Of a stretch of 64,000 nt of DNA, positions 1 to 9,477 are shown in pieces. The stretch's first letter is position 1. Each line of letters opens with the position of its first letter. Under the pieces are notes generated by a model. The model was given only the letters and a program-made list of their open reading frames with translations. It had not been told where the DNA came from and searched no databases. The position numbers were made by a program, and so were the translations under genes. This DNA is from Candidatus Cloacimonadota bacterium. Lineage in GTDB: Bacteria; Cloacimonadota; Cloacimonadia; G963667145. The stretch lies in the NCBI GenBank assembly GCA_963667255.1, contig OY762940.1:1088001-1152000 (forward strand), written 5' to 3'.

Positions 1-5
1 TTGTC

Positions 6-746
6 ATGCACTGTTCCGGATACAAAACAGCTGATAATATGGGAACATATTACGGTAAAATTTACCAAGCTAAATTCTTGGGCGGTATGGTAGCTGGAAT
101 GATGACAAAGTCTAACAAAATCGGTTATGTTGCTCCTATCGCTATCCCTGAGATTTATCGTCTTGTTGATGCTTTCGCTCTTGGTGTAAAATCTGTAAAC
201 AAAAAAGCCAAAGTGCAAGTTGTTTGGGTTGGTTCTTGGTTCGATCCTGCCAAAGAGATGGATGCCGCTAAATCTATGATTGAGCAAGGTTGTGATGTTA
301 TTACCCAAGGTGGAGACTCTCCAGCTCCTCAACAAGCTGCTGAAAAAGCAGGTGTTTGGGCTATCGGTCATGACAATGACATGAGTGCTTATGCTCCTAC
401 AAAGAGCCTTACTTCTGTGGTATGGCACTGGGGTGTAATTTACAAGATGGTAGCAGAAGCTGTTCATAATGGGACTTGGAAAGCTCAAGGTCCTTCTGAC
501 TTTTGGCCAGATATCAGCACTGGTGTAGCTGGTCTTACACCTTATACCAAAAATGTACCTAAGAAAGTTCAAGACAAAGTTGAAGCTATGAAGGCGAAAA
601 TTGTTAGCGGTGACTACAAAATTTTCGAAGGTCCTCTTTATGATCAAGACGGCGAACTCAGAGTTAAGAAAGGTCAAGTTATGAAACCTCAAGAACTTTT
701 GAGCATGGACTGGCTTGTTGACAACATCGTAGGGAATAAAAAATAA
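6..746 (+). CDS. BMP-family ABC transporter substrate-binding protein (5'-truncated by window edge)
   Basis: BMP/PnrA-like motifs (TKSNKIGYV, AFALG, WFDPAKE, WHWG). The frame is open from the window start. Confidence 0.85.
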   Translation: MHCSGYKTADNMGTYYGKIYQAKFLGGMVAGMMTKSNKIGYVAPIAIPEIYRLVDAFALGVKSVNKKAKVQVVWVGSWFDPAKEMDAAKSMIEQGCDVITQGGDSPAPQQAAEKAGVWAIGHDNDMSAYAPTKSLTSVVWHWGVIYKMVAEAVHNGTWKAQGPSDFWPDISTGVAGLTPYTKNVPKKVQDKVEAMKAKIVSGDYKIFEGPLYDQDGELRVKKGQVMKPQELLSMDWLVDNIVGNKK

Positions 747-761
747 TTTTATTTTTTGTTT

Positions 762-792
762 AAGCGGAAACTGAATAGTTTCCGCTTTTTTT
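762..792 (+). terminator. Rho-independent terminator
   Basis: AAGCGGAAACT-GAAT-AGTTTCCGCTT hairpin followed by a T-run, just after the BMP stop. Confidence 0.85.
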
Positions 793-838
793 TGTTCAGA
801 ATAATTGACATTTTCATTGCCTATCAATTTGTTTCGTC

Positions 839-3082
839 ATGATAAATTTTAGATTTGAAGTTTCGGGCTTCTCTTTTTGTTCCAATAAAACTTATGTTTT
901 TTCCGATGAATTTTGTTTGAAGCGAAGTCTTTATAAATTGCAGACTTCGGGGAAGATACTCGAAGGAGCTTTCATTACGCAAAGCCAATTTTTCGATAGC
1001 TTGAAGAACTCCTTGGATTTCCCCTTAATATCTCCTGAATTGAGGGAGTTAGTTTTTTGGCAAGCCTGTGCTAACGAAGATAGTTTTGAGGTCGTTTCTG
1101 AAAAAGCAAAACGGTTTTTTTCTTTTTGGAGAGAGGTTAACGGCTTGGTGTTTGAGCAAAACGAGATAGAAAAAATTTTGATTTCTAATCAGCTAAAGCG
1201 ATGGAACAGGCAATGCGGATACAGAGAGAAATATTTAGAGAAAATTAGGTCTATGGGGTTTGCAGACGATGAGGTTGAAAGCGTTGAATACAGTGCTGAG
1301 TCGCTTTATGAAACCTCGATTGTTTTTTATGATTGCTTGAATTTTACACCTAAACAAGCGAATTGGCTGAAAAATTCTGAAGAGAGAATTGAGTTCAGTT
1401 TCTCTTTTCCCGAGGCAATTTACGATAAAGAAAGATTGTGTGTTCGTGATTTTGCTGTGAAACAATTGGAGCACTTTTCTTTTCCTCGGGTCGAGATTAA
1501 GCAATACGAAGACAAATTTTTCATGGATGCTGCTTTGGTGAATGATGGAGTTAAGAGTGCTTATGGCAACTATTCTGAGCCTGCATTTAATGTTTTTGGC
1601 AGAGATTTTTTCTTAAAAAATAGGAAGAGTTTCCGCTTTTTGTCGGCTCTCAAGGGACTTATAACGGGCATCAAAAATAATAGAATCCCTTTGGAGAAGT
1701 TGTTGTCTTTGGTCTTGGTTCATTCGTGGAAAGGCGAAAGTAGTGATGCCGTTGTTATTGATAAAAACTTGGTTCTAAATCTAATAGACAGGCAGTATAA
1801 GTTTTTGTTTGGTAGTGAAATAAAGACGGAATTTCTTGCTTTTATCAAGGAGTTGAGCTCGAATTTTGATTTCTTCTTTTCATATTTGAAAAAATTGGAC
1901 GATAGCCCTATTTACCTTGAGAAAATCGATGAGTTGCTTGAGTTGACCAAAACAATTAATTTCAGTCCATTACAGGCTTTGGATTACTTCTTGTCCAAAA
2001 ATGCAAAAGAGTTGGTAGCGACTAACAAAAATAAGGTTAATATCAAACCTTTGCATATCAAGGTTTCGTTGGGAGATTTTACCGCCTATAATGCGACCGA
2101 GGGCTTCTTAAATGGCTTCTGCAAAGACGGAGATTTTTTTAGTGAAGAGCAGAAGAAAAATCTGGGACTTCTTTCCAGCGAGCAAGCTAAGAATATTCGC
2201 AAATTTTGTTTTTTATCCCTGCTTCAATCTCACAAGAATGTTACTATTTATACTTACGAAGAGCCGATTAACAGTATTCAGATAGCTTCTGTTTTAGAGG
2301 AGTTGAGGGCTTCCGATTTGGATGTTGAGTTTACCAAATATTCTGATTTGGATTTGAAAAGGTTGCTTTCTTTGATATTGCCGAGTGAAAATAGTTATGA
2401 TTTTGGGGAAGAAACCGAGTTTGTTTTCCCGTATTCTGGAGAGAAGTTGGACAATTTTTCTTATAGTGAAGCCAAGAGTTTGTTGGAAAATGCGGAGAGC
2501 TATTACCTTAATTATGTGCTGAAGATTAGAGAGTTTAATTTGCCGTCGAGGAGTATCGAAAGCAATTTGCTGGGGGAGATTGCCCACAAGATTTTCCAGG
2601 TGTATCTTCAAAAAGGGAAGCCGGAAAATATTTCCGAAATTGCTGAAAAGGTTTTGTCCAGCTATTCTGACAAATTGCCTGACAATTATCACAAGCTATT
2701 TTTTGAAAAATATACAGTTGAGACGATAATGGAAAGTTTGCAATATTTTGTTTCTGAAGTTGAACAGGCAGTCGGCGAGTGCGAAAAAAATCTCGAAAAA
2801 TATTTTCCCGATTGTGGAATAACTTTACGGGGAAGATTGGATTATTTGACTGAAAACGCTTTGTTTGACTTCAAAACTGGCAGTAAAAATAATTTAGATC
2901 CTGCACAATTGGAGTTTTACTCTTTGCTCGCCGAAAATCTGCCAGCGTGTTTCTATCTTGTTTTTGAAAAAGAGGTAGTGCCATTTTGGGAGAAAAGAAA
3001 TTACCAGCCTATTTTATCTGCTTTAAAAGAGAAGATTAGAAGAGTGAAAACGGAAGGCTTTAAGGGAAATTACGACGAGTAG
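839..3082 (+). CDS. AddB/RexB-like protein with C-terminal PD-(D/E)XK nuclease domain
   Basis: 747 aa. The C-terminus has FSYS..K, G.IAH, GRLD, DFKTG and QL..Y RecB-type nuclease motifs. The N-terminus is degenerate. Confidence 0.65.
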   Translation: MINFRFEVSGFSFCSNKTYVFSDEFCLKRSLYKLQTSGKILEGAFITQSQFFDSLKNSLDFPLISPELRELVFWQACANEDSFEVVSEKAKRFFSFWREVNGLVFEQNEIEKILISNQLKRWNRQCGYREKYLEKIRSMGFADDEVESVEYSAESLYETSIVFYDCLNFTPKQANWLKNSEERIEFSFSFPEAIYDKERLCVRDFAVKQLEHFSFPRVEIKQYEDKFFMDAALVNDGVKSAYGNYSEPAFNVFGRDFFLKNRKSFRFLSALKGLITGIKNNRIPLEKLLSLVLVHSWKGESSDAVVIDKNLVLNLIDRQYKFLFGSEIKTEFLAFIKELSSNFDFFFSYLKKLDDSPIYLEKIDELLELTKTINFSPLQALDYFLSKNAKELVATNKNKVNIKPLHIKVSLGDFTAYNATEGFLNGFCKDGDFFSEEQKKNLGLLSSEQAKNIRKFCFLSLLQSHKNVTIYTYEEPINSIQIASVLEELRASDLDVEFTKYSDLDLKRLLSLILPSENSYDFGEETEFVFPYSGEKLDNFSYSEAKSLLENAESYYLNYVLKIREFNLPSRSIESNLLGEIAHKIFQVYLQKGKPENISEIAEKVLSSYSDKLPDNYHKLFFEKYTVETIMESLQYFVSEVEQAVGECEKNLEKYFPDCGITLRGRLDYLTENALFDFKTGSKNNLDPAQLEFYSLLAENLPACFYLVFEKEVVPFWEKRNYQPILSALKEKIRRVKTEGFKGNYDE

Positions 3083-3083
3083 T

Positions 3084-3662
3084 TTATCCCATTTTTTCTT
3101 CAATGAGAGACAATTTTGTTTCACAATCTTCTTTTGTTTTGAGGTAAATAGGCTCGGAATAGTTTGCTTCAATTCTGCTGAAAGGCTTGGGAATTATCAA
3201 TCTGTCCCAAGATGATAGTCGCCAACAAGAGCTGAATCTCATCTCTATGCAGACTATGGGAATTTGTTTTTTTTGAGCAATGAAGAGAAATCCCGGTTTG
3301 CACTGTTTGGCAGGACCTCTTGGACCATCTAAGGCGGTGGCAATTGTGTTGTCAATTTTCAGCAGAGCTTTGAGTGCAGAGACTCCGTTGTTGCCGGAGG
3401 AACCGCGAACAGTCTCAAATCCAAGTGCTTCCAAGGGACCGGAGATTAGTTGACCGTCTTTGGATGAAGAGACCAAAACAGCCTCTCCTTCGTTTCTGTG
3501 GCAATAGGCAAGAGTGATTAAATTGCAATGCCAAAAGGCGAAAATTTTTTTCATCTCGATGGGAGGAACATTGGTTCGCACAATTCTGCAGGTCAAACAA
3601 AGAAGCTTGATTAGCCAAGCACCCAAGTGTTTTTCTAAAAAAATAAAAATTTTGTTTTTCAT
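3084..3662 (-). CDS. Lysophospholipid acyltransferase family protein (DUF374-like)
   Basis: FWH, S.SKDG, VRGSS, DGPRGP, WDR..IPKPFS motifs. Confidence 0.85.
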   Translation of the reverse strand: MKNKIFIFLEKHLGAWLIKLLCLTCRIVRTNVPPIEMKKIFAFWHCNLITLAYCHRNEGEAVLVSSSKDGQLISGPLEALGFETVRGSSGNNGVSALKALLKIDNTIATALDGPRGPAKQCKPGFLFIAQKKQIPIVCIEMRFSSCWRLSSWDRLIIPKPFSRIEANYSEPIYLKTKEDCETKLSLIEEKMG

Positions 3663-3768
3663 AATCTTTACTCTCTTCGAGCAATGAAATTTTGTGTCAA
3701 TGAAAATCTGTTTGATGAAATCTTCACTTTTAATTTGACAAAAAATTATTTAATTAAATTAATCGAGC

Positions 3769-3875
3769 ATGTTTCCGAGTTCACTATCTCGTAGCGATTA
3801 TCAGAACCGCCGAATACTGAACCGTTAGGGCATAATTGGAAACGATTATACCTCCCGCATTTGGAAAGGAAACAA
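3769..3875 (+). promoter_or_regulatory. Moco/Wco (molybdenum/tungsten cofactor) riboswitch
   Basis: P1 TGTTTCC(3770)/GGAAACA(3868), CCGAG, TAGGG, a GAAA-capped stem ATAATT-GGAAAC-GATTAT, CCTCCCG and GGAAAGG core motifs. It lies in the 5' leader of the AOR operon, with TTGACA at 3735. Confidence 0.8.
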
Positions 3876-3899
3876 AACCAAATTAGGGAGGATTTTAGT

Positions 3900-4382
3900 A
3901 TGTCCAAGAAAAAAGTGTTGCTTTTGCAACCTGAGAAATGTGTTGATTGTCACAATTGCCAATTGGCGTGTTCTCTCGCTCATGAGGGCGTTTTTAGCCC
4001 CACCAAATCTTGTATTTCCGTTTTAGCTTCCAAATTAAAATTTTCTGTACCTCTCACATGTTTGCAATGTAAAGAACCGGCTTGTGCGACCGTTTGCACT
4101 ACTGGAGCTTTGAGCAAAAACCAAGAAACAGGCAGAGTTGACTACGACAAGAGCAAATGTATAGGTTGCAGATTGTGTGTAGCTGCTTGTCCTTTTGGCA
4201 ATATTTCCTATTCTACCGATGCGGGTAAAGTTTACAAGTGTGATACTTGCGACGGCGATCCTTCATGTGCCAAAGTTTGCCCAACAGGAGCTATCTCTTG
4301 GGTTGATGAAAATGAAGAGACTTTGGAGAGGAAAAAAGTTATTTCGGAAAAGTTGCTTCAAGCTTTTGGGATGGAGGTGTAA
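3900..4382 (+). CDS. 4Fe-4S dicluster protein, small subunit of aldehyde oxidoreductase (WorS/AorA-like)
   Basis: Four CxxCxxCxxxC-type motifs. ATG at 3900 follows a GGAGG RBS. Confidence 0.85.
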   Translation: MSKKKVLLLQPEKCVDCHNCQLACSLAHEGVFSPTKSCISVLASKLKFSVPLTCLQCKEPACATVCTTGALSKNQETGRVDYDKSKCIGCRLCVAACPFGNISYSTDAGKVYKCDTCDGDPSCAKVCPTGAISWVDENEETLERKKVISEKLLQAFGMEV

Positions 4383-4383
4383 G

Positions 4384-6201
4384 ATGAATGCATGGACAGG
4401 AAAAGTTTTAAGAGTTAATTTGACTAAAGGCTTGGTTGAAGTCGAAAAATTGAATTTCGATTTTGCCAAAAACTACATTGGCGGTAGAGGCTTGGGTGTC
4501 AGATATTTTGTGAACGAAGTATCGCCCAAAGTTGATCCGCTTTCCGCAGAAAACAAACTGATTTTTGCTACTGGTCCGTTGACTGGATGTATGGGAGCTT
4601 CTACGGGAAGATATGAGGTTGTGACTAAATCTCCTTTGACAGGAACTATTGCTGGTTCAAACTCGGGTGGACATTTCGGCCCAGAATTGAAATATGCTGG
4701 ATACGATATGGTGATTTTCGAAGGCAAATCCCCCAAACCGGTTTATTTGAGTATTGATGATGACAAAGTTGAACTTCGCTCTGCTGAAGAACTTTGGGGG
4801 AAAGATGTCCCCACTACTACCGACACGATTGTGCAAGCTACTTCTCCAAGTGCCAAAGTTTGCTGTATAGGTCTTGCCGGAGAAAAAATGGCTTTGCTTG
4901 CTTGTATAATGAACGACAAGGACAGAGCTGCCGGAAGAACAGGTCTTGGTGCAGTGATGGGTTCTAAAAATCTCAAGGCTATTGCTGTGCACGGAACTGG
5001 CAATGTAATTCCAGCAGATGCTAAAAAAGCCCTTGATGTGACTATTGATGTTATCGGGAAATTGAAGGCTCACCCCGTTGGTGGAACAGGTCTTCCTACT
5101 TACGGGACCAACATTTTGGTCAATATCATCAATGAATCTGGTGGTTTCCCTACTCGCAACTTTACGGATGCTCAATTTGCAACCGCCAACAAAATTGGTG
5201 GAGAGTCTTTGGCGGATAAGCAATTGGTTAAGAAAAAATCTTGTTTCGGTTGTCCTATCTCTTGCGGTCGGGTTTGCAAGGTCACTAACGAAAAATATGC
5301 TGGATATGGTGAAGGACCTGAATACGAAAGTGCTTGGTCTTTCGGTGGAGAGTGCGGTGTTGACAATCTTGATGCCGTGGTTAAGGCGAATTTCATTTGT
5401 AACGAGAATGGTTTGGATACGATTTCCATCGGTTCTACTATCGGTTGTTTGATGGAGATGTATGAAGCAGGTTTGGTAAAAAAAGAGGATATAGGCTTTG
5501 AAATCGGTTTTGGCGATGAAGAAGCTATGGTTAAATTGGTAAGTATGGCAGCTAATTTGGAAGGAATTGGGAAATTGATTGCCCAAGGTTCTTACAGATT
5601 GTCCGAAAAATTTGGCGACACCAGTTATTCAATGAGTGTGAAAAAACTTGAAATGCCGGCTTACGACCCCCGAGCTATTCAAGGTATAGGTTTAAACTAT
5701 GCCACTTCGAATAACGGTGCCGCCCATGTTAGAGGCTACACTATCTCTCCTGAGGTTTTGGGTGTGCCACAAAAAATCGACCAATTTACCACCGAAGCCA
5801 AAGAGGTTTGGGTAAAAGGTTTCCAAGATTTGACTGCTTGTATAGATTCTTCAGGAATTTGCTTGTTCACTACTTTTGGTCTTGGAGCTCCTGAGATTGC
5901 CGATCAACTTGCTGCCAATACCGGCTTGGATTACACAGCCGACAGTATCGTGGCTATCGGAGAGAGAATACACAACTTGGAGAGATTGTTCAATCTCAAG
6001 GCTGGGATTACTCCTGCTGATGATACTCTTCCCAAGAGAATGTTCGAGTTGCCGGTGATAACAGGACCAGCCAAAGGCAATACCAGTAAAGTAAAGGAAA
6101 TGCTTCCTGCTTATTATAAATTACGAGGTTGGGGGAATGATGGTATTCCTTCCAAAGATAAATTGAAAGAATTGGAGTTATCAGAAATTAAATTTCTCTA
6201 A
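4384..6201 (+). CDS. aor: Tungsten-containing aldehyde ferredoxin oxidoreductase, catalytic subunit
   Basis: GGRGLG, KSPLTG, GR.G.GAVMGSKNLKA, CxxCxxxC, EGPEYE and YDPR motifs. The true start is ATG 4384 after GGAGGT; the ORF-track start at 4195 is an upstream extension. Confidence 0.92.
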   Translation: MNAWTGKVLRVNLTKGLVEVEKLNFDFAKNYIGGRGLGVRYFVNEVSPKVDPLSAENKLIFATGPLTGCMGASTGRYEVVTKSPLTGTIAGSNSGGHFGPELKYAGYDMVIFEGKSPKPVYLSIDDDKVELRSAEELWGKDVPTTTDTIVQATSPSAKVCCIGLAGEKMALLACIMNDKDRAAGRTGLGAVMGSKNLKAIAVHGTGNVIPADAKKALDVTIDVIGKLKAHPVGGTGLPTYGTNILVNIINESGGFPTRNFTDAQFATANKIGGESLADKQLVKKKSCFGCPISCGRVCKVTNEKYAGYGEGPEYESAWSFGGECGVDNLDAVVKANFICNENGLDTISIGSTIGCLMEMYEAGLVKKEDIGFEIGFGDEEAMVKLVSMAANLEGIGKLIAQGSYRLSEKFGDTSYSMSVKKLEMPAYDPRAIQGIGLNYATSNNGAAHVRGYTISPEVLGVPQKIDQFTTEAKEVWVKGFQDLTACIDSSGICLFTTFGLGAPEIADQLAANTGLDYTADSIVAIGERIHNLERLFNLKAGITPADDTLPKRMFELPVITGPAKGNTSKVKEMLPAYYKLRGWGNDGIPSKDKLKELELSEIKFL

Positions 6202-6212
6202 TTGATTTGAGA

Positions 6213-6249
6213 CGGAGCTCTGTATTAATTGCAGAGTTCCGTTTTCTTT
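6213..6249 (+). terminator. Terminator-like hairpin inside the AOR operon
   Basis: ACGGAGCTCTGTA-TTAAT-TGCAGAGTTCCGT followed by TTTCTTT. Confidence 0.65.
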
Positions 6250-6275
6250 ATTAAAAAAAGCTAAAGGATTTTTAA

Positions 6276-6728
6276 ATGGATGAAATATTATCTCGGTATA
6301 AAAAACCTTCCGATGTGATTGCGGTTCTGCAAGATACACAAGAAAAATTTTCTTATCTTTCCGAAGAAAATTTACGAAAAATCAGCCAACACTACCAAAT
6401 TTCTTATGCTTATTTGCATTCCATAGTAACCTTTTACAAAGCTTTTTCGTTGGTGAAAAAGGGCAAAAATGTTATTAGGGTGTGTGATGGCACGGCTTGT
6501 CATATAAAAGGTTCGGTCAAAATTTTGGAAGAACTTCACCGATTGCTGGGCATTAATCCTGGGCAGACAACTGCCGATGAAATGTTTTCCGTGGAAACTG
6601 TAGCTTGCCTTGGTGTGTGTGCGATTGCTCCGGTTATGCTGATAAACGACAAATATTACGGAAATTTGCAAATGGGAGAAATCAGCGGAATAGTTGAAAG
6701 CTATAAAAAGCAGGAGTCGGAAAAATGA
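6276..6728 (+). CDS. NuoE/HydC-like 2Fe-2S subunit
   Basis: CDGTACH and CLGVC thioredoxin-like 2Fe-2S ligands. Confidence 0.9.
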   Translation: MDEILSRYKKPSDVIAVLQDTQEKFSYLSEENLRKISQHYQISYAYLHSIVTFYKAFSLVKKGKNVIRVCDGTACHIKGSVKILEELHRLLGINPGQTTADEMFSVETVACLGVCAIAPVMLINDKYYGNLQMGEISGIVESYKKQESEK

Positions 6729-8497
6729 AAACTATTTATGTATGTTACGGAACAGGTTGCAAAGCCGGTGGTGGTGGTCCTATATCCGATAAATTTGCTG
6801 CTTTGTGCCGAGATAACGAAGTGCGGGTAAAGAGAACCGGTTGCCACGGTTTGTGCCAAGAAGGTCCCTTGGTTCACATCTCTCCCGACGAGATAACTTA
6901 CACCAAAGTCAAAGTGGAAGATGTTCAGGAGATTGTTGAAAAAACGATTAGGAATAACGAGGTTGTCGAGAGATTGCTTTACATCGACAAGGCTCAAAAA
7001 AAACGGGTAAAATCCAAAAATGATTGGTCTTTTTGTAGCAAGCAAAAACGAGTTGTTTTAAAAGAAGTGGGCGAGATTGACCCTCAAAAAATAGAAGACT
7101 ATTTGCAAGCTGGTGGCTACAAGGCACTCAAAAAAGCTTTGGAAATTGGTAGTCAACAGATTTTGCAAGAAGTAAACGATTCCGGTTTGCGAGGTAGAGG
7201 TGGTGGAGGTTTCCATACCGGTAGGAAGTGGAACTCTGTTGCTAAAGCCACAGGTGAACAAAAATTCGTTTTGTGCAACGGAGACGAGGGCGACCCGGGT
7301 GCTTTTATGGACAGGAGCATCATGGAGGGTAATCCTCATTTGGTTTTGGAAGGAATGGCTATCGCAGCTGTCGCCGTGGGAGCGAGTAGAGGCTATGTGT
7401 ATGTGCGAAACGAATATCCTATGGCAGTTGAGCATCTGCAAATGGCTATCGATAGTGCCGAGGGAAAAGGGTATTTGGGACAGAATATTTTGGGTAGCGG
7501 TTTCAATCTGAAAATCGAAATTAAGCGAGGTGCCGGTGCTTTTGTTTGTGGAGAGTCTTCGGCTCTGATGCGGTCAATTGAGGGTAAAATCGGTCAGCCC
7601 AACGAAAAGCACATTCATGCTTCGGACAAAGGTGTGTTTGAAAGCCCAACACTTCTGAACAATGTGGAGACTTATGCCAATGTTCCTACCATAATTTTGG
7701 GTGGAGGAAAAGCTTATGCAGCAACTGGAACGAAAAAATCCCCGGGAACAAAAGTCTTTTCACTGGTCGGCAAAGTGGTAAACACTGGTCTGATAGAAGT
7801 GGAAATGGGTGTGAGCTTGCGAGAAATTATTTTTGATATCGGAGGTGGTATAAAAAACGGCAGAAAGTTCAAGGCGGTGCAAACAGGCGGTCCTTCAGGC
7901 GGTTGCCTTACCGCTGACCATCTTGATGTGAAAATCGACTTTGACACACTCATCGAATACGGCTCAATGATGGGCTCAGGTGGAATGATTATCATGGACG
8001 AGTTTGACTGTATGGTGGAGGTTGCTCGCTATTTCACGGGATTTCTCATTGAAGAGTCTTGTGGCAGATGCACTCCATGCAGAGACGGACTTTTGCAGGT
8101 TTACAAAATTTTGGACAGGATTAGCAAAGGCGAAGGCAAAATGGAAGATTTGGACACTTTGGAAGAGTTCGGACAATACTTGGAATCTTCGGCCTTGTGT
8201 GGCTTGGGCAAATCCGCAGCCAATCCTTTTTTATCAACTTTAAAATATTTCCGCCACGAATTTGTGGAACACATTGAACAAAAATTTTGCCGAGCCGGAG
8301 TTTGTAAGGAACTTTCGACTTTTGTAATTGACGAAGAAAAGTGCAAGAGTTGCGGAATGTGTGCCAAGGTTTGTTCGTTTGGAGCAATCCAAGTTGACGG
8401 CAAAAAATACAGCATCGACCAGTCAAAATGTATGAAATGCAGGGCTTGTTTGGAAGCTTGTAAATTCGGAGCTGTGAGCATAGCAGGGAGGCAATAA
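6725..8497 (+). CDS. NuoF/HydB-like FMN/NAD-binding flavoprotein with N-terminal 2Fe-2S and C-terminal 2x4Fe-4S
   Basis: GRGGGGF, GDEGDPGAFMDR, GAGAFVCGE, GGPSGGC and ESCG.C.PCR.G motifs, plus a C-terminal ferredoxin domain. Confidence 0.92.
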   Translation: MKTIYVCYGTGCKAGGGGPISDKFAALCRDNEVRVKRTGCHGLCQEGPLVHISPDEITYTKVKVEDVQEIVEKTIRNNEVVERLLYIDKAQKKRVKSKNDWSFCSKQKRVVLKEVGEIDPQKIEDYLQAGGYKALKKALEIGSQQILQEVNDSGLRGRGGGGFHTGRKWNSVAKATGEQKFVLCNGDEGDPGAFMDRSIMEGNPHLVLEGMAIAAVAVGASRGYVYVRNEYPMAVEHLQMAIDSAEGKGYLGQNILGSGFNLKIEIKRGAGAFVCGESSALMRSIEGKIGQPNEKHIHASDKGVFESPTLLNNVETYANVPTIILGGGKAYAATGTKKSPGTKVFSLVGKVVNTGLIEVEMGVSLREIIFDIGGGIKNGRKFKAVQTGGPSGGCLTADHLDVKIDFDTLIEYGSMMGSGGMIIMDEFDCMVEVARYFTGFLIEESCGRCTPCRDGLLQVYKILDRISKGEGKMEDLDTLEEFGQYLESSALCGLGKSAANPFLSTLKYFRHEFVEHIEQKFCRAGVCKELSTFVIDEEKCKSCGMCAKVCSFGAIQVDGKKYSIDQSKCMKCRACLEACKFGAVSIAGRQ

Positions 8498-9243
8498 TGA
8501 AAATTTTTATAAACGACAAAGAATGTTCCGCTTGCAAAGGGCAAACTTTATTGCAAGTTGCTCTGGATAACGGCTTTTATATCCCGACTTTGTGCCACAA
8601 TAAAGAGCTTGGAAACTATGCGGGCTGTAGATTGTGTGTGGCTGAACTTCGCGAGGGAGATTGGAGCAAGTTGGTCGCTTCCTGTGAGTTTCCGGTCAAA
8701 GATGGACAAACTTTTTATTTGGATACAGAGAATGTTAAGAAATCGCGAGATTTGTCGGCAAGTCTGCTTTTGGCAAGGTCTCCGGAGTCCAAAAAAGTTT
8801 TAGATGAGATTATGCGAAAAGATGTGGAGATGAGATTTGAGCCGATGACACCGCATTTGGAAGGTTGTATTCTTTGCGGAAAGTGTTATAGGGCTTGTCA
8901 AAAATTGGGAACGGGAGCAATTTCCACCATCAATAGAGGTCACGAAATCACCGTGGAAACTCCGTATGAACAAGGGAATCCCGATTGTATTGGCTGTCTT
9001 GCTTGTGCCGAGGCTTGTCCTACAGGTGCGATTAAGGTTTTCAGGTCGAAAACTCAAGTTGGTATTTGGCATCTTACTCACGAATTGCTTGCTTGTCCGA
9101 TGTGTGGCAAGAGACATATCACGCAAAAATCTTTGGATTTCTTTAGTAAAAAAACAGGAATCCCAAGCGAAGAATTGATTATTTGTCCCGATTGTCGCCA
9201 GAAAAAAACCTCAATGGATCTTCTGTCAGGAATTTCCAGATGA
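8497..9243 (+). CDS. NuoG/HydA N-terminal-like Fe-S subunit (no H-cluster)
   Basis: IPTLC..CRLC..ASC 2Fe-2S motif, CILCGKC/CIGCLAC 4Fe-4S motifs and an extra CPMC..CPDC. Only 248 aa. Confidence 0.85.
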   Translation: MKIFINDKECSACKGQTLLQVALDNGFYIPTLCHNKELGNYAGCRLCVAELREGDWSKLVASCEFPVKDGQTFYLDTENVKKSRDLSASLLLARSPESKKVLDEIMRKDVEMRFEPMTPHLEGCILCGKCYRACQKLGTGAISTINRGHEITVETPYEQGNPDCIGCLACAEACPTGAIKVFRSKTQVGIWHLTHELLACPMCGKRHITQKSLDFFSKKTGIPSEELIICPDCRQKKTSMDLLSGISR

Positions 9244-9464
9244 GTATAACCCTCAAACTTTTTGCATATTTCAGGGATAATAGAGGCGAAGTTTTGCAAA
9301 TAGAATTCAGCGAAGGAATGCGACCTTCGGACTTGTGTAAGAAAATAAAGCTCGATTTAGACGAAGTCTCCATTCTTTTGGTAAATGGTGTCTATACCAA
9401 AGAAGACCCGATACTTAAAGATGGAGATTTGGTTTCTATGTTCCCCGCTGTTGGTGGCGGTTAG
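9240..9464 (+). CDS. moaD: MoaD/ThiS-family sulfur carrier
   Basis: Ubiquitin-like fold ending FPAVGGG. ATG 9240 overlaps the upstream stop. Confidence 0.85.
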   Translation: MSITLKLFAYFRDNRGEVLQIEFSEGMRPSDLCKKIKLDLDEVSILLVNGVYTKEDPILKDGDLVSMFPAVGGG

Positions 9465-9477
9465 GAAAATTTATTTG

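Noticed and set aside
4657..5586. 309-aa minus-strand ORF (and similar antisense ORFs at 20913, 25784, 28167, 61350)
   Set aside because: Shadows of well-supported plus-strand genes, with no recognisable motifs.
6276..9243. Respiratory complex I or [FeFe]-hydrogenase
   Set aside because: There are no membrane nuo genes, and the NuoG/HydA-like ORF lacks H-cluster motifs. The context is AOR.
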